IMG/VR virus record: IMGVR_UViG_3300037521_000345
Coordinates: 35,004-99,003 of that record
DNA from: a virus
Reading direction: 5' to 3' (one strand)
DNA length: 64,000 nucleotides
Below, piece after piece: positions 48,320 to 59,841 of this stretch; the stretch's first letter is position 1, and each line of letters starts with the position of its first letter. The notes under the pieces were generated by a model, which was not told the DNA's origin, searched no databases, and saw only the letters and a program-made list of their open reading frames with translations. The translations under genes and the position numbers were made by a program.

Positions 48320-49555
48320 ATGACAACAAGATATTGGTCACCATCAAGAACATATGAATTTGAAGTAAAAGTAGCAGATAGAGACCTTACTCCCGATTTA
48401 TATAAATTAACTATTTTAACTTCAATAGACCTTCCTTATCAAACATTTGTATTAGAATTTTTTCTTGATCCTAATGACTTAATACTAGAAAAGATATATG
48501 GTCAACAAGAAATTAAATTAACAGCAAAATTAATGGCAACAGCTCCTAGCATTGTCAATGATCAAATTGATTTTAGTTTAATGTATTTATCAGGAGATAT
48601 TCCTTTAAGGGTTCAAAATACAATACAAAATCAAACAGATATTCAAAGATCACCAATCACGATAACTGCAGTTTCTCGTAAATCATTCATCACTATGTCA
48701 ACTTATGTTAATGATATTTTTACAAATACCACTATCGGTGATATAGTTTCAAATTTAGTAAGCAAAGCAAAGGGAGAATTAAAACAAGATATTGTAGGAA
48801 GAAATACTGAAAAATTAGATCAAGTTCTTATTCCTCCTACAACTCTCTATCAATCCTTAAAACATTTAAATAGAACTTTTGGTATATTTGATGGATGGTT
48901 AGCATTATGGTGTTCTCATGATAATAAAGTTTATTTAAAAAATTTAACATCTAAAATGAAATCATCTTATTTATTTTCAGTATATCAATTTGCATCTAAT
49001 ATTGATAACGAAAAAATTATAGAAACATTTGATGAAGAAGTTTATTATACTCGATATGATATTAAAACTTCATATACTGGAAATACTAAATTTGCTATTT
49101 TTGCTCCAACGATGAAGCATATTGTTAAACCAAAAGATAAGTTGAGTAATACAATTGAAATTAAACTGGAAGAATTTTCTAAAACATATGGTTTAATATC
49201 TAAAAGGAATAAAATATTTTTTGATAATACAGCTATGACCACATCAAATAGACAAAGAATTTATAAAGACCATACAGGATATGAAGCAAATGAATCATTT
49301 ATTAATTCAAATATGGCAGAAGAAATTGGAGATTTATCAGTAATTAAAGTTTCATTGGAACGTTATTTAAAAATGAAAAATCTTATGAATGTTGGTGAAG
49401 CAGTAACGTTCATTTCAAAAGTTGATGACTATAAAGACTTAACAGGAGTATATATTCTTAGAAACTCTGAATTGAACTTTATCAAAGCAAAAGATTGGGA
49501 ATCATCTGCAGAAATAACACTAATTAGAACAAATAGAATTATATCTAAAAGTTAA
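48320..49555 (+). CDS. Probable baseplate hub/tail protein
   Basis: Beta-rich ~410-aa ORF at the start of the structural block; ATG 48320 with GGGAG RBS. Confidence 0.4.
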   Translation: MTTRYWSPSRTYEFEVKVADRDLTPDLYKLTILTSIDLPYQTFVLEFFLDPNDLILEKIYGQQEIKLTAKLMATAPSIVNDQIDFSLMYLSGDIPLRVQNTIQNQTDIQRSPITITAVSRKSFITMSTYVNDIFTNTTIGDIVSNLVSKAKGELKQDIVGRNTEKLDQVLIPPTTLYQSLKHLNRTFGIFDGWLALWCSHDNKVYLKNLTSKMKSSYLFSVYQFASNIDNEKIIETFDEEVYYTRYDIKTSYTGNTKFAIFAPTMKHIVKPKDKLSNTIEIKLEEFSKTYGLISKRNKIFFDNTAMTTSNRQRIYKDHTGYEANESFINSNMAEEIGDLSVIKVSLERYLKMKNLMNVGEAVTFISKVDDYKDLTGVYILRNSELNFIKAKDWESSAEITLIRTNRIISKS

Positions 49556-49561
49556 AATTTG

Positions 49562-49574
49562 GAACAAATATAAA
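49562..49574 (+). promoter_or_regulatory. Putative late promoter GAACAAATATAAA
   Basis: Recurrent motif, here upstream of the terminase gene. Confidence 0.5.
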
Positions 49575-49583
49575 AGGAGTTTT

Positions 49584-51239
49584 ATGGGTAATTCATCAAA
49601 GTTAAAAAGATTAGCTCAAAAATATGTAGAGGAATTCATTAAATGTAAAGCATCATTTGATTACTTCTGCAGAAACTATATTTTAATTGAGCTACCAGGA
49701 AGAGATGAAAAATTAATTCCTTATAAAAAACAAACTGAACTAATTGATTTAATTGAAAGTCGACATTATGTCCTTGTTCTTAAAAGTAGACAGATTGGAA
49801 TTTCAACAGTCATTCAAGCATACTCTGTCTGGTTAACTATATTTTTCGATAACGTTGTAATAGGTATTATTTCAAAAGATGGAAAAGAAGCAACTGATTT
49901 TGCTAGAGCTATTAGAGGGATGATAGAGAAACTTCCTGATTGGATGAAACCATTAAAGGGTATATTAGGTAGAGGATTTGCAAAAAGAACTGAACAATCA
50001 TTTATTCTAACAAATGGTAGTAAAGTTTTTGCTTCACCAGTAAATCCAAATGCTCCAGAAAAGACTCTTCGAGGTAAAGCAATTACATTCCTAGTTATTG
50101 ATGAAGCTGCATTTGTTCACCATGTTGATACCGCTTGGACATCTATGGTTCCAGCACTTTCAACAAATCAAATGCAAGCTCGAAAAGCTAATATTCCATT
50201 TGGAACAATCGTTCTATCAACTCCGAATAAAACAATTGGTGTTGGTCAATGGTATTTTGAAAGATATTTAAAAGCAATATCTGGTGATGATATTTTTAAT
50301 CCTTTTGTTATTCACTGGAAAATGATTCCAGAACTTGCTGAAGATCCTTTATGGTTTGATACCCAATGTAGATTATTTGACAATGATAAAAAGAAAATTG
50401 CCCAAGAGTTAGAACTAAAATTTCTACCAGCAGAAGGATCATTCTTTGAAGCTGATACAGTTGAAAGAATGCAAGAGAATACTATAAAACCATTAGAGAA
50501 AATTAAATTATATAATGGAGAAATATGGTCATTTAGTCCAGCAATAGCAGGGACAACTTATATTATTGGAGTTGATACAGCACCAGAACATGGAACAGAT
50601 AAATCAGCTATAACAGTTTGGGATTATACAACTTTAGAACAGGTATGGGAATATCAAGGTAAATGTAAAGTTCTTGATTTTGTAAATGTTGTTAAAGTTG
50701 CAGCTACAACATATAAGAATTCTGTTATAGTTGTAGAATCAAACTCATATGGAAATCAGGTTGTAGAACACTTAAATGCAAGTGAGTATTCACCACAATT
50801 ATATAAAGAAAGACGTGGAAAAGATACATTAGTTCCAGGTCTATCCACTAACTCTAAAACTAGACCTTTAATGATTGATGCTTTATATTCATATATGACT
50901 GAATATCCTGAATCTGTAAAATCAGAAAGATTAGCATTAGAACTAACAGGACTTGTATCTAAAGCTAGTGGAAAGGTTGAAGCTGATACTGGATGTACTG
51001 ACGATATAGCATTATCTTCAGCTCTATGTTTTTATGTTAGAAAATACGATCCACCTCTAGCATTGCAGATGAACATGATAGATGGTTCAATGATAACAAA
51101 TGATCTAAAAGATATTCTTAATTATAATATTGGTCACTCTGATGTTGAATTTACTGATCAAAGTATTATGAAATATATTAAAAATAAACCAGAAGAAAAT
51201 GTAGGATATATAGATACAATAAGTTTCTTCAAGGGGTAA
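49584..51239 (+). CDS. Terminase large subunit (T4 gp17-like)
   Basis: LKSRQIGIST, VIDEAAF, LSTP, IGVD, VESN, DDIA. Confidence 0.92.
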   Translation: MGNSSKLKRLAQKYVEEFIKCKASFDYFCRNYILIELPGRDEKLIPYKKQTELIDLIESRHYVLVLKSRQIGISTVIQAYSVWLTIFFDNVVIGIISKDGKEATDFARAIRGMIEKLPDWMKPLKGILGRGFAKRTEQSFILTNGSKVFASPVNPNAPEKTLRGKAITFLVIDEAAFVHHVDTAWTSMVPALSTNQMQARKANIPFGTIVLSTPNKTIGVGQWYFERYLKAISGDDIFNPFVIHWKMIPELAEDPLWFDTQCRLFDNDKKKIAQELELKFLPAEGSFFEADTVERMQENTIKPLEKIKLYNGEIWSFSPAIAGTTYIIGVDTAPEHGTDKSAITVWDYTTLEQVWEYQGKCKVLDFVNVVKVAATTYKNSVIVVESNSYGNQVVEHLNASEYSPQLYKERRGKDTLVPGLSTNSKTRPLMIDALYSYMTEYPESVKSERLALELTGLVSKASGKVEADTGCTDDIALSSALCFYVRKYDPPLALQMNMIDGSMITNDLKDILNYNIGHSDVEFTDQSIMKYIKNKPEENVGYIDTISFFKG

Positions 51240-51242
51240 ACA

Positions 51243-52127
51243 ATGTCTCAAAAAATACAAGAATTTTTTGCACCTCCTGTTGGACTCAAATTAGTTGACA
51301 CTGTTGATGGAATGAAATTATATTCTTCATCAAAATTAATGAAGAATTTTTTATTAGCATTTAAAAAGTCTAGTAGAGGAAGTGATAAAGTTAAAATAAT
51401 TGAAAAATTAATGAAGAAAGGATTCATAGTTCCTTGTTTTAGATCTAAAGGTGTTTTTAATTTTCTAAAATATAAGATGTTTGGAGATAACGAATCAAAA
51501 TCAATTTTAGGAATGTATCATATTGAGAATAAAAGAGTTTATATTTTAATTGATAATAATTCTACTATTTTTGGAACTTCATCTAATGATGAAATGGTAT
51601 CAACTACCTTGCATGAAACAATGCATTTAGCAGCAGGTAAAAATATGAAAGGTTTCTTAAAAGTTATGATGCCAACATTAAGAAAATACTATGGAGAAGC
51701 TTTTACTTTAATTTTTTCTTTAAAATCTATTCCTAATATTGATAAAGTGATATATCATTTAGCATCATATGAAGATTCAAAAAATAGACCAGTAAATAAA
51801 CAACTATCTGAATATTATCATTTACTCTATGATACTTTTAAAAGTTCAACAAAATTAGAGGAAAAAGATTTTAGATTAAAACTACAAAATTATATTGTAG
51901 CTATGAAAATATTCTTTGTAAGTTTTTCAACATTTGTAAGATCATATAGAAAATGGCAGAGTATATTTATTGAATTAAATCATGCTTATGAAAAAACATT
52001 TGGAAAACGAAATATATATACATCTCCATTTCAAGAATTAGTTTCTGTTTCAGAAGTTGCTTGTGTAATGGCAGAAATGAGATCAAAAGATCCAAGAGTA
52101 AACTCAATATTGAAAATATTGAGATAA
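51243..52127 (+). CDS. Zincin-motif protein, possible virion metallopeptidase
   Basis: LHETMH motif. Confidence 0.5.
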   Translation: MSQKIQEFFAPPVGLKLVDTVDGMKLYSSSKLMKNFLLAFKKSSRGSDKVKIIEKLMKKGFIVPCFRSKGVFNFLKYKMFGDNESKSILGMYHIENKRVYILIDNNSTIFGTSSNDEMVSTTLHETMHLAAGKNMKGFLKVMMPTLRKYYGEAFTLIFSLKSIPNIDKVIYHLASYEDSKNRPVNKQLSEYYHLLYDTFKSSTKLEEKDFRLKLQNYIVAMKIFFVSFSTFVRSYRKWQSIFIELNHAYEKTFGKRNIYTSPFQELVSVSEVACVMAEMRSKDPRVNSILKILR

Positions 52128-52139
52128 GGAGATTAAAAG

Positions 52140-54941
52140 ATGGCAATAAATGATCGCCAAGAACCAGGCAGTATAACTAAAACTGCTGATGCTCAAAATG
52201 AAAGGATATCTGGAATAAGTAACGTTTCTCGAACAGTTACACAAATGCAAAAAACAACTCAACGTAAAATTGAAGAAACTCAAGAATCTATTAACTATGG
52301 AGAATCCCAGGAAGCAACATCACAACAAATGAATAGTGTTCTTTCTCGGTTTGGAAAAACAATAACAGCATTCACCAAAGGTGTAGAGAGTATATCAATA
52401 AGTACAGCTAGAGCAACAAAAGATGCGATTGGTCAATATGGAAAAGCAATAAGTCAGGATCTTAATTATAATAAACAAAATATTGTTGCTATGGCGTTAG
52501 CAAGATCAACTCCATTATTTGGTTATTTTGCTGCTAAATTTATGGAGACAGATGTCTTTCAAAAAGCTAAAGAAAGAATGAAAGAATCCATTGCTGGTGT
52601 ATTTAAAGGTATTGGATCAGGTATAGCAAATATCTTTAAGGGCGGAAAAAATGCCAAGGAAGCAGCTAAAGATAAAGTTCCAAAAATGCAGAGGGGTGGT
52701 TATGTTGAAAAAGGAGGTATGATTGAAGTTCACCCTGCTGAAGTTGTTATGCCAATTGAAAAAATTCTTGCACGTATTGATGATTCAATTTCTGTTGGAA
52801 GAGAAATAGCTGAAATTTCACAAAAGACCCAAATGCGTTCATTAGCAAAAATGTCAACATTCGTTTCAGCTGAAAGAGATAAAGAACCTGTTGGTCTAGT
52901 TAAAGGTTTCTTGAGAGCTATGAGAGAAGTTCAAACTCAATATGAAGAACCAGCTTCTATGCGTATGTTGAGAGCTGTTCTGTCAATTCAAGATACACTG
53001 GGTGCAACGATTGGAACTTGGGAACAAGTATGGACTAAAATGCTTATTGAGCATCCAACTTTTAGACAGTTAGCATTTGGAATGAAAACTGTGAGTGCCA
53101 TATTAGGTTCTCCATTTCAATTAATATCTAAAATATTCAAGAGAAGAGGGGGATATTTATCCCAATTATCAAAAAAGAAAAATCCATTTGAAAATATTGG
53201 TGAAAATCTAGGATCATTATATGTCAATACAATGCATCGTCTTGATAATATTTCTTTCTATACTAAAGCAACAGCTGTAATGATAAGAGATATAGCTGGT
53301 GTGGTTTCACAAGGAAGACTTAAATATGGTAGTTTAGAAGCTATTTCAGAAGGGACTAGAAGTCTTTTTGGTTGGGCAAGATTTGGTTTTCAAAATTTGA
53401 TCAAATATGGTCCTCGTGTTGTTGCTGCTGGTATAGAGATGCTATTAGGAACAGGAAAAGGAGCATTGTATGCAAGAGGTAAAAAGATAGGAGACTATTT
53501 AACCCAGACAGTAGAATGGGGAGAGAAAGCTAAGTTTGCATTAAAATCGAAGAGACAAAAGAAATTAGATTTTGCATTGGGCGGAGCTGGAGATTTTGCT
53601 CAAACAATTCAAGAACAACATAAGAAAAGACTTCCTCCTTTGATAACAATAAGCGCAGGAAAAGCTCAAGAAAAAGCAGCAGCAGAAGTGGAGCAAACAA
53701 GAGAAGGAATTGAGGAGATTGCTAAAGTTCAAAAGAAAAAATGGTTATGGGAAAAAATGCAAGCTGCTAAAGGCGGTATCAAAAGTGTATTCAGTTGGAT
53801 TTTTAGAATGTTAATGATGGGAGGAGGATTGATAAAAAGTCTTTTTGGTTTTGGAGCTGGTGGAGTCATGTCTGCACTTTTTTCAAAAACTGGACCAATA
53901 GGAATGGGAGTTGCAAAACTAATGGCAGGACCGGTGATGACTGGCATTAAAGTTATTGGAGCTTATCTTGCTACTACTGCATTTTTAGGTCCAATACTAG
54001 CTCTTATTACTACTGCATTAACTGCTGTTGGAGTTGGATCGTTAATTAACAAATATCTTGTCAAACCTCTTGTGGATGCTAACTTTAAAAAACAAGATGA
54101 AGTAAATAAGAAAGGAATGAAAGATAATGCTGCTATTATGAAAAAACAGATGTCTGATGCAAGAGGAACAACTGCAACAGGAAAGGATACTTACGATGCA
54201 AAAATATCGACTGCTGCATCAGCAACTGTAAAGGGACAAGGAACTTGGTTTGGCACATCTTTATCACACGGAGCAATACGTGCAGCGCAAAATAAATTCA
54301 TTGTAGAAAATCGTGCAAAGTATAGTGAATATGATGAAGAAGAAATTATAAAGGCAAGAAATAGATGGAGACGTTCAGGAAAATATTGGTTAGAATGGAA
54401 ATGGACAACAGCAAGTGGAGCAAATGCATCTCAATTTGGAGAAGAAAAAGAAGCAGCGTTTTTAAAATATTTACAAAATGTGGGAACTAAAAATAAAGAT
54501 TTGGCAGGATCAATAAAAGCACATGAAAAACAAATAATGCAATCGAGATCTATTGGTGGTAAAGCTGAATATTTTGGAAGAAAACATGCACCTAAAGCTA
54601 CAAGCTGGATTATTGATAAAGGAAAATATGCAATAGATAAAGCAGGTCAATTGATAGAAAAAGTAACTGGTAGAGTTATTCAAGGAAAAGAATTAGCAGA
54701 GATGCAAGCACAAGAATTATTAACATCTGGAAAATTAGTAGGTCAAGAAATAAAGAAAAGAGGATTAGAACAAGTAGAAGGATTGAAAGGTCTTGGAGAT
54801 CAACTTCAACAAAATATAAATCAAGTAAGAAATGACATTAACCAACAAGTAAGTAATGTAACAAGAATCTTTAATTCAGGCAATCAAGGATCTATGATGG
54901 ATGAAATGGCCCAAAGAGTTGCTACAGGTAATTTTCATTAA
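52140..54941 (+). CDS. Tape-measure-like/helical virion protein
   Basis: Long Ala/Gly/Lys-rich helical protein with a hydrophobic segment; structural-block context. Confidence 0.55.
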   Translation: MAINDRQEPGSITKTADAQNERISGISNVSRTVTQMQKTTQRKIEETQESINYGESQEATSQQMNSVLSRFGKTITAFTKGVESISISTARATKDAIGQYGKAISQDLNYNKQNIVAMALARSTPLFGYFAAKFMETDVFQKAKERMKESIAGVFKGIGSGIANIFKGGKNAKEAAKDKVPKMQRGGYVEKGGMIEVHPAEVVMPIEKILARIDDSISVGREIAEISQKTQMRSLAKMSTFVSAERDKEPVGLVKGFLRAMREVQTQYEEPASMRMLRAVLSIQDTLGATIGTWEQVWTKMLIEHPTFRQLAFGMKTVSAILGSPFQLISKIFKRRGGYLSQLSKKKNPFENIGENLGSLYVNTMHRLDNISFYTKATAVMIRDIAGVVSQGRLKYGSLEAISEGTRSLFGWARFGFQNLIKYGPRVVAAGIEMLLGTGKGALYARGKKIGDYLTQTVEWGEKAKFALKSKRQKKLDFALGGAGDFAQTIQEQHKKRLPPLITISAGKAQEKAAAEVEQTREGIEEIAKVQKKKWLWEKMQAAKGGIKSVFSWIFRMLMMGGGLIKSLFGFGAGGVMSALFSKTGPIGMGVAKLMAGPVMTGIKVIGAYLATTAFLGPILALITTALTAVGVGSLINKYLVKPLVDANFKKQDEVNKKGMKDNAAIMKKQMSDARGTTATGKDTYDAKISTAASATVKGQGTWFGTSLSHGAIRAAQNKFIVENRAKYSEYDEEEIIKARNRWRRSGKYWLEWKWTTASGANASQFGEEKEAAFLKYLQNVGTKNKDLAGSIKAHEKQIMQSRSIGGKAEYFGRKHAPKATSWIIDKGKYAIDKAGQLIEKVTGRVIQGKELAEMQAQELLTSGKLVGQEIKKRGLEQVEGLKGLGDQLQQNINQVRNDINQQVSNVTRIFNSGNQGSMMDEMAQRVATGNFH

Positions 54942-54954
54942 GGAGGAGAAATAG

Positions 54955-56241
54955 ATGGCGCACTATGGTGATTTGACGAAAATAGATTTTATTATTGGTA
55001 TGCCCCCAATTACAACATCCACGGGGGATCCAATACACACTCAAAGATCTGCTGAATTATTAAGAAATGCAATGCCCACAGCAACTATTTATCCAGGTAT
55101 TCCATCGTTTGAATCTGGTATAGATCTATTTACAAGAATACCTGTTTTTGATACTAAAGGTTTTCATCCTGATGCTAAAAAAGTTAATACTACCTATTAT
55201 CTACCACTGTTACAAGAACATGGTTATACATTAGATACTGAAATACATAATAATGGAGTTAAACTTGCATACTTAGCAGATAACTTTCCAACAGATACAT
55301 TTACTAATGAATATGGAGAAAATTTCTTACAAAAATTTACAGATGTAGCTTCAGAAGGTGCAGCATCATTAGCACAAATGTTTGGAGCTAGAAATGTAAC
55401 AGATTTAGCTTCTAGAGCGACAACAGTTGCACAAAAGCAAGGGGGTGCCATTGGTACAGTTGGAGATATGGCACGTAGAGCAGGAGATTATATTAATAAA
55501 CTTGGTGGAATGTTTTCTGAATATAGTTCAGCAGGAGCTAGAATGGGAAAAATGATTGGTTCACTTGCTGCTGGTTCAAGAATTGATTTCCCAATGGTTT
55601 GGAAATCAAGCTCATTTCAACCATCATATACAATGACAGTTAGATTATATAATCCAGATCCTACCAGCAAATCAATGACAAAGAAATATATTATAGGACC
55701 TATTGCAGCAATAATGTTATTGGGAATTCCAATATCAGAAGATGGAAGTACATACAGTTGGCCATATCTTCATAGAGTTGATTCTCCTGGTATATATGAA
55801 TTAGATCCTGCTTATATTCAAAATATCACAATTATAAAAGGTGGGGATCAACAACAGATTGCTTATAATCAAAGATTGGGAATAGTTGATGTTAGAATTG
55901 ATTTTGGAAGTTTATTTAGTAGTATGCTCGCATCTAATAAAAGGACAACAAAAACAAGACCAACTTTAAGAAAATATTTAAGATCCATGGAAAATCATAC
56001 AAATGCATGGACTACTACAGGTGGAAGTCTTAAAAATAAAGCAGCTGTATCACAACAAAAACCAGTAGAACCAGTGATTAAAGGACCTGGAAGAAATCAA
56101 GCAGCATTTACTCAATCAGTTTCTATACTTGATGCTGCATCACCAGAGGAACCACCTGATAGAGTTACTCAGGCAGTCAAGGATATTGGAAACGCAATTA
56201 TAGATCAAATTCCGAAAGGAATTAAAATCAGTACCTCTTAA
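54955..56241 (+). CDS. Baseplate/tail-tube-initiator-like virion protein
   Basis: FPMVW.SS...YTMTVRLYNP...IQNITIIKGGD..VDVRIDF tube-like pattern; follows the tape-measure-like gene. Confidence 0.45.
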   Translation: MAHYGDLTKIDFIIGMPPITTSTGDPIHTQRSAELLRNAMPTATIYPGIPSFESGIDLFTRIPVFDTKGFHPDAKKVNTTYYLPLLQEHGYTLDTEIHNNGVKLAYLADNFPTDTFTNEYGENFLQKFTDVASEGAASLAQMFGARNVTDLASRATTVAQKQGGAIGTVGDMARRAGDYINKLGGMFSEYSSAGARMGKMIGSLAAGSRIDFPMVWKSSSFQPSYTMTVRLYNPDPTSKSMTKKYIIGPIAAIMLLGIPISEDGSTYSWPYLHRVDSPGIYELDPAYIQNITIIKGGDQQQIAYNQRLGIVDVRIDFGSLFSSMLASNKRTTKTRPTLRKYLRSMENHTNAWTTTGGSLKNKAAVSQQKPVEPVIKGPGRNQAAFTQSVSILDAASPEEPPDRVTQAVKDIGNAIIDQIPKGIKISTS

Positions 56242-57350
56242 CACATAGTACTTCTAAATAATAACGTTAAATATGAGGCAAGAAATAAATTAACAATGAA
56301 TTGAGTTTGCGAGGTATACTTATTATACTGATCTGTTATTTTTAAATTATCTAAAACAACAAGTAATAAAACATTAACTTGCTGTTTGAAATAGACCGGA
56401 GCATTACTTCTTTTAACTGCCATTAAACTTCTCAAATATTTTTCATATCCACTTCCACATATTTGATTTGTGCTTCTTAATTCCTTCATGTATAAACCTA
56501 AAATCATTCTTACCTTATCAGAATACTCCACTTGTATCATTTCAGCAGCAATTAGTTCAGCAATAGAAGCTTTTACTTTACTTATTTTTTTAGCTTCAAG
56601 CAATGCCTTCTTATCAACTATTTTATATATAGTTAACTTTCTGATTGTCTCATCAACTTTCGCTTTTCCTCTTTCAAGAGTTCTATATTGATACGCATTA
56701 GCTTCATCATCGGGTGTATCAGTCTGTGTTTTAATTGCTTCACCCTTTTCTTTTGCTTTATAATAATTCTCAACAAAACTCTTCACACTCTGTGAGATTC
56801 TATGTCTTGATGCTCCAATAAATTCAATGATTCTATCTAAATCCCAATCCCTAATATATCTCTCATATTTTTTCTTTAACTCAGTTGATAGATAGTATAA
56901 ACTATTTGCTATAGTTTTTTCACGAACAAAAAGATGCGTTTTAGTTAACATATCAATTGTATATCTAAATATATCATCATTGCAGTATCTTAACTGTTTA
57001 TGCATTAAACGACCATATTGAAAAAACATATAATAAGCAAGAGTTGTTTTGAAGGCAGCAACATCTCTATGTAAAAGAAATAAATGCATAACAACAACTA
57101 AAAGATTCGTTGCAGGATCCTTCCATAATAACCAGGTTTCAGCTTTAGTTCCTTTATATTGTCTCTTGACAAATGCTTTAACTTCTTTATCCGTAAGTTT
57201 CATTGCTCTTAATATTTCATGATACGCTAACTTTGTTTTTGGATAATAACATGGTTCAGATAAAGCATCGAACTCTCTTGCTGCAAATCTGGTAATTGTT
57301 TTTTTGAGAAGTCTAATATCATATTGAGATTTTTCTATTAATTCTTTCAT
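56238..57350 (-). CDS. Hypothetical basic helical protein
   Basis: 370-aa ORF, last gene of the minus-strand late operon. Confidence 0.65.
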   Translation of the reverse strand: MKELIEKSQYDIRLLKKTITRFAAREFDALSEPCYYPKTKLAYHEILRAMKLTDKEVKAFVKRQYKGTKAETWLLWKDPATNLLVVVMHLFLLHRDVAAFKTTLAYYMFFQYGRLMHKQLRYCNDDIFRYTIDMLTKTHLFVREKTIANSLYYLSTELKKKYERYIRDWDLDRIIEFIGASRHRISQSVKSFVENYYKAKEKGEAIKTQTDTPDDEANAYQYRTLERGKAKVDETIRKLTIYKIVDKKALLEAKKISKVKASIAELIAAEMIQVEYSDKVRMILGLYMKELRSTNQICGSGYEKYLRSLMAVKRSNAPVYFKQQVNVLLLVVLDNLKITDQYNKYTSQTQFIVNLFLASYLTLLFRSTMC

Positions 57351-59830
57351 TATGAGAATATCCTAATTGCTATGTCATCTTCTTCAAAGAAGATATATTC
57401 TGGACCATATGATAATAATTCTTCCTGAGTCAATGCATCTAAATCAAAATTAAAAAAGATACTAGATTCAGGTTTAATTAATCGACAATGTTCAACACCT
57501 TCTACTCCTTGAACTACATCAATAATTTCGGATCTATATAAGTATGAGTTAATACCAAATCTGTTCGTAAATGCTGCAACAACTGCTGTTCTAACTTCAC
57601 TTATTAAATTAGAATTTGATCCCGTATAAGTTGAAGTTTTGAAAACATCTAATTCAAGTTGTAATGGAATTTCATATTGCGGTATTACCCATCCAGCTTG
57701 ACAGTAAATATATTTCTTTGCTTCATCAGTTACATAAACAATCTGTTCTGTTTTTGGTATATAATACGCCCAAACCATTGATGTTGAATCACTAAGTTGT
57801 GCAATTTGATCATCTTTTCCTATCCATTCTCCTGTACCATTTAAAATAATATATCTATCTCCTTCAATTCCGGATACTGGAGGAATAGATAAAATATCAT
57901 TAACTGCAGGTAGATCAACTTTATTCAATTGCATGTTCTGCATTAAACCATAAGTATTTGCAAGTTTGAAATTAACAAAATCAGTTGTCATTTTATAATC
58001 TTTAAAATCTAATGTGGTTACTAATTTTTGCATTACATTAGATTCAAAATCTGCTTGATCTATTCCATCATAATAACTTGCTTTAATCGCAGGAATATCA
58101 TAAACAGTATTTGATGCCCCATCAACAATTACATTTGATAACTCAAAATCATCAAGAGATTTTCTAAATGTAAATAATGCAGTATATTGAGCAATTAAAT
58201 CAACACCGTGTTTTAGAGTAAAATAATAAGTTGCTTCTCCAGTTGGTAAAACAGTATAATCTGCAAGTGTTAATAAAAAAGCAGAAGTTGAATCATTGGT
58301 CATAGTATAAGTTGAACCAGTTTCTAATACCTCAACTTCACAAGTAACAGTATCTGCATCAGTTTCTGTTGTTTTATAATCTAATTGAAAATCTGCTCCA
58401 ACTCCATTTTTAGAAACAGTTAATAAATCACAATATAGATCATATTCAGAATCATAACTTGTAACTAAAGTTGGTACTTGTTTTATTTCATACATCACAT
58501 ATGTATAAGTAGCTACAGAATTTAACAGTTCAATTTCCATATCAAATATTGTATAGTAATCTGTTCCTTCATATGTTAAAGTTGTACCTCTTGGAATGGT
58601 TGTATATGCAAAAACATATTTAATATTTCTTGCTGGAACAATTACAGTTGAATATAACAGAGTAGAAAATAAACTTATTTCATTAACTTTAATATCAGAT
58701 CGTTTTAAAACAGGTAATGAGTTTTGTGAAATGGGAGAATCATCAATAATAACATTTGAATTGACATAATCATTTTCAGTAACAAGTCTTTCTAAAGCTG
58801 TTATATTTGTAATAGCATTTCTTCGAACTTCTTCAATTGATTCTTCATCCACACCGCCTGTTCCAGGAGCTGGATTAGTAACTGTATAATTAACAGCTTT
58901 ACCTTCATCATCGCTAATTCTAGTTTTAATATCAGTTGTTTTTCCTGTTATAGATCCAGCAATAATATTTCCATCTGCACCCTTTGTTAATTCTGTTGTA
59001 ACTTGTACTGTTGCTCCAGGTTCAGGTTGATAACCAATTAGTCCATTACCAAATTGAAGACTGAATCCTGTATCATTTCTCTTCTTAACATATCCCTTTG
59101 TATTCTTATCCATTAAAAATAAACTACTATACTCTGTATATGTTTCATATCCAGAAGAACCAGGAGGACGAACCTCAACTATTACATCAGATATTTTTTT
59201 AGTTATATCAGTAAAAGTTACATCGAAATCAAAAAATTGATATGTTTGTAAATCTCCAGGAACTTGAAATTCTTGAATATCAGTTTCAAATTGTTTGAAA
59301 GGTAAAACTACAGAAAAATATCTCTTTCCATCATCTGTAGTTGATACAGTATAGGGCATATTATAAACTTTATTATCTTCTCTAATAGTTATTGTTACAT
59401 TTGAATTATCTACAACATTAACTGTAGTTGAATAATAAGTATTAAATGCTATTGCACCAGCTGATAGTTCAAATCCCTCCTCTATCTCAAATGTTACATC
59501 ATTATCTTCAAACTCTAATTCAAACGAAAATAAAACATTTACATATGCAGTTGATGCTTCAGAAGGAGTATACCCTAAAAATGATGCTAAATTATAAATT
59601 GATGATGATAATTGAGCTTTGGTTAAAAAGAATTCTCTATAAGAAGATATTTGATAAAATAAGGTATTGGTTGTCAGCATAGATAACGCTTCAACAACGA
59701 AAGCAAGAAATGAAGACTTAGTCAAATCAACCTCATTTAGTTCGAGATATTGTGCCAAAAGCTCTATGATTTTAAGAGTTGTTTGATCTTTAGATTTATA
59801 AACTTGATACGATGTTGTATTATCTACCAT
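57350..59830 (-). CDS. Baseplate wedge protein (T4 gp6/baseplate J-like)
   Basis: EFFLTKAQ..SIYNLASFLGY, FGNG..G, GADGN, GGVDEESIEEVR, RLVTENDY. Confidence 0.85.
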   Translation of the reverse strand: MVDNTTSYQVYKSKDQTTLKIIELLAQYLELNEVDLTKSSFLAFVVEALSMLTTNTLFYQISSYREFFLTKAQLSSSIYNLASFLGYTPSEASTAYVNVLFSFELEFEDNDVTFEIEEGFELSAGAIAFNTYYSTTVNVVDNSNVTITIREDNKVYNMPYTVSTTDDGKRYFSVVLPFKQFETDIQEFQVPGDLQTYQFFDFDVTFTDITKKISDVIVEVRPPGSSGYETYTEYSSLFLMDKNTKGYVKKRNDTGFSLQFGNGLIGYQPEPGATVQVTTELTKGADGNIIAGSITGKTTDIKTRISDDEGKAVNYTVTNPAPGTGGVDEESIEEVRRNAITNITALERLVTENDYVNSNVIIDDSPISQNSLPVLKRSDIKVNEISLFSTLLYSTVIVPARNIKYVFAYTTIPRGTTLTYEGTDYYTIFDMEIELLNSVATYTYVMYEIKQVPTLVTSYDSEYDLYCDLLTVSKNGVGADFQLDYKTTETDADTVTCEVEVLETGSTYTMTNDSTSAFLLTLADYTVLPTGEATYYFTLKHGVDLIAQYTALFTFRKSLDDFELSNVIVDGASNTVYDIPAIKASYYDGIDQADFESNVMQKLVTTLDFKDYKMTTDFVNFKLANTYGLMQNMQLNKVDLPAVNDILSIPPVSGIEGDRYIILNGTGEWIGKDDQIAQLSDSTSMVWAYYIPKTEQIVYVTDEAKKYIYCQAGWVIPQYEIPLQLELDVFKTSTYTGSNSNLISEVRTAVVAAFTNRFGINSYLYRSEIIDVVQGVEGVEHCRLIKPESSIFFNFDLDALTQEELLSYGPEYIFFEEDDIAIRIFS

Positions 59831-59841
59831 AAGTCATTTCC

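Noticed and set aside
1278-51239. Inteins or group I introns in RNAP, topoisomerase, helicase or terminase
   Set aside because: No intein splice-junction motifs, homing endonuclease ORFs or interrupted conserved motifs were seen.
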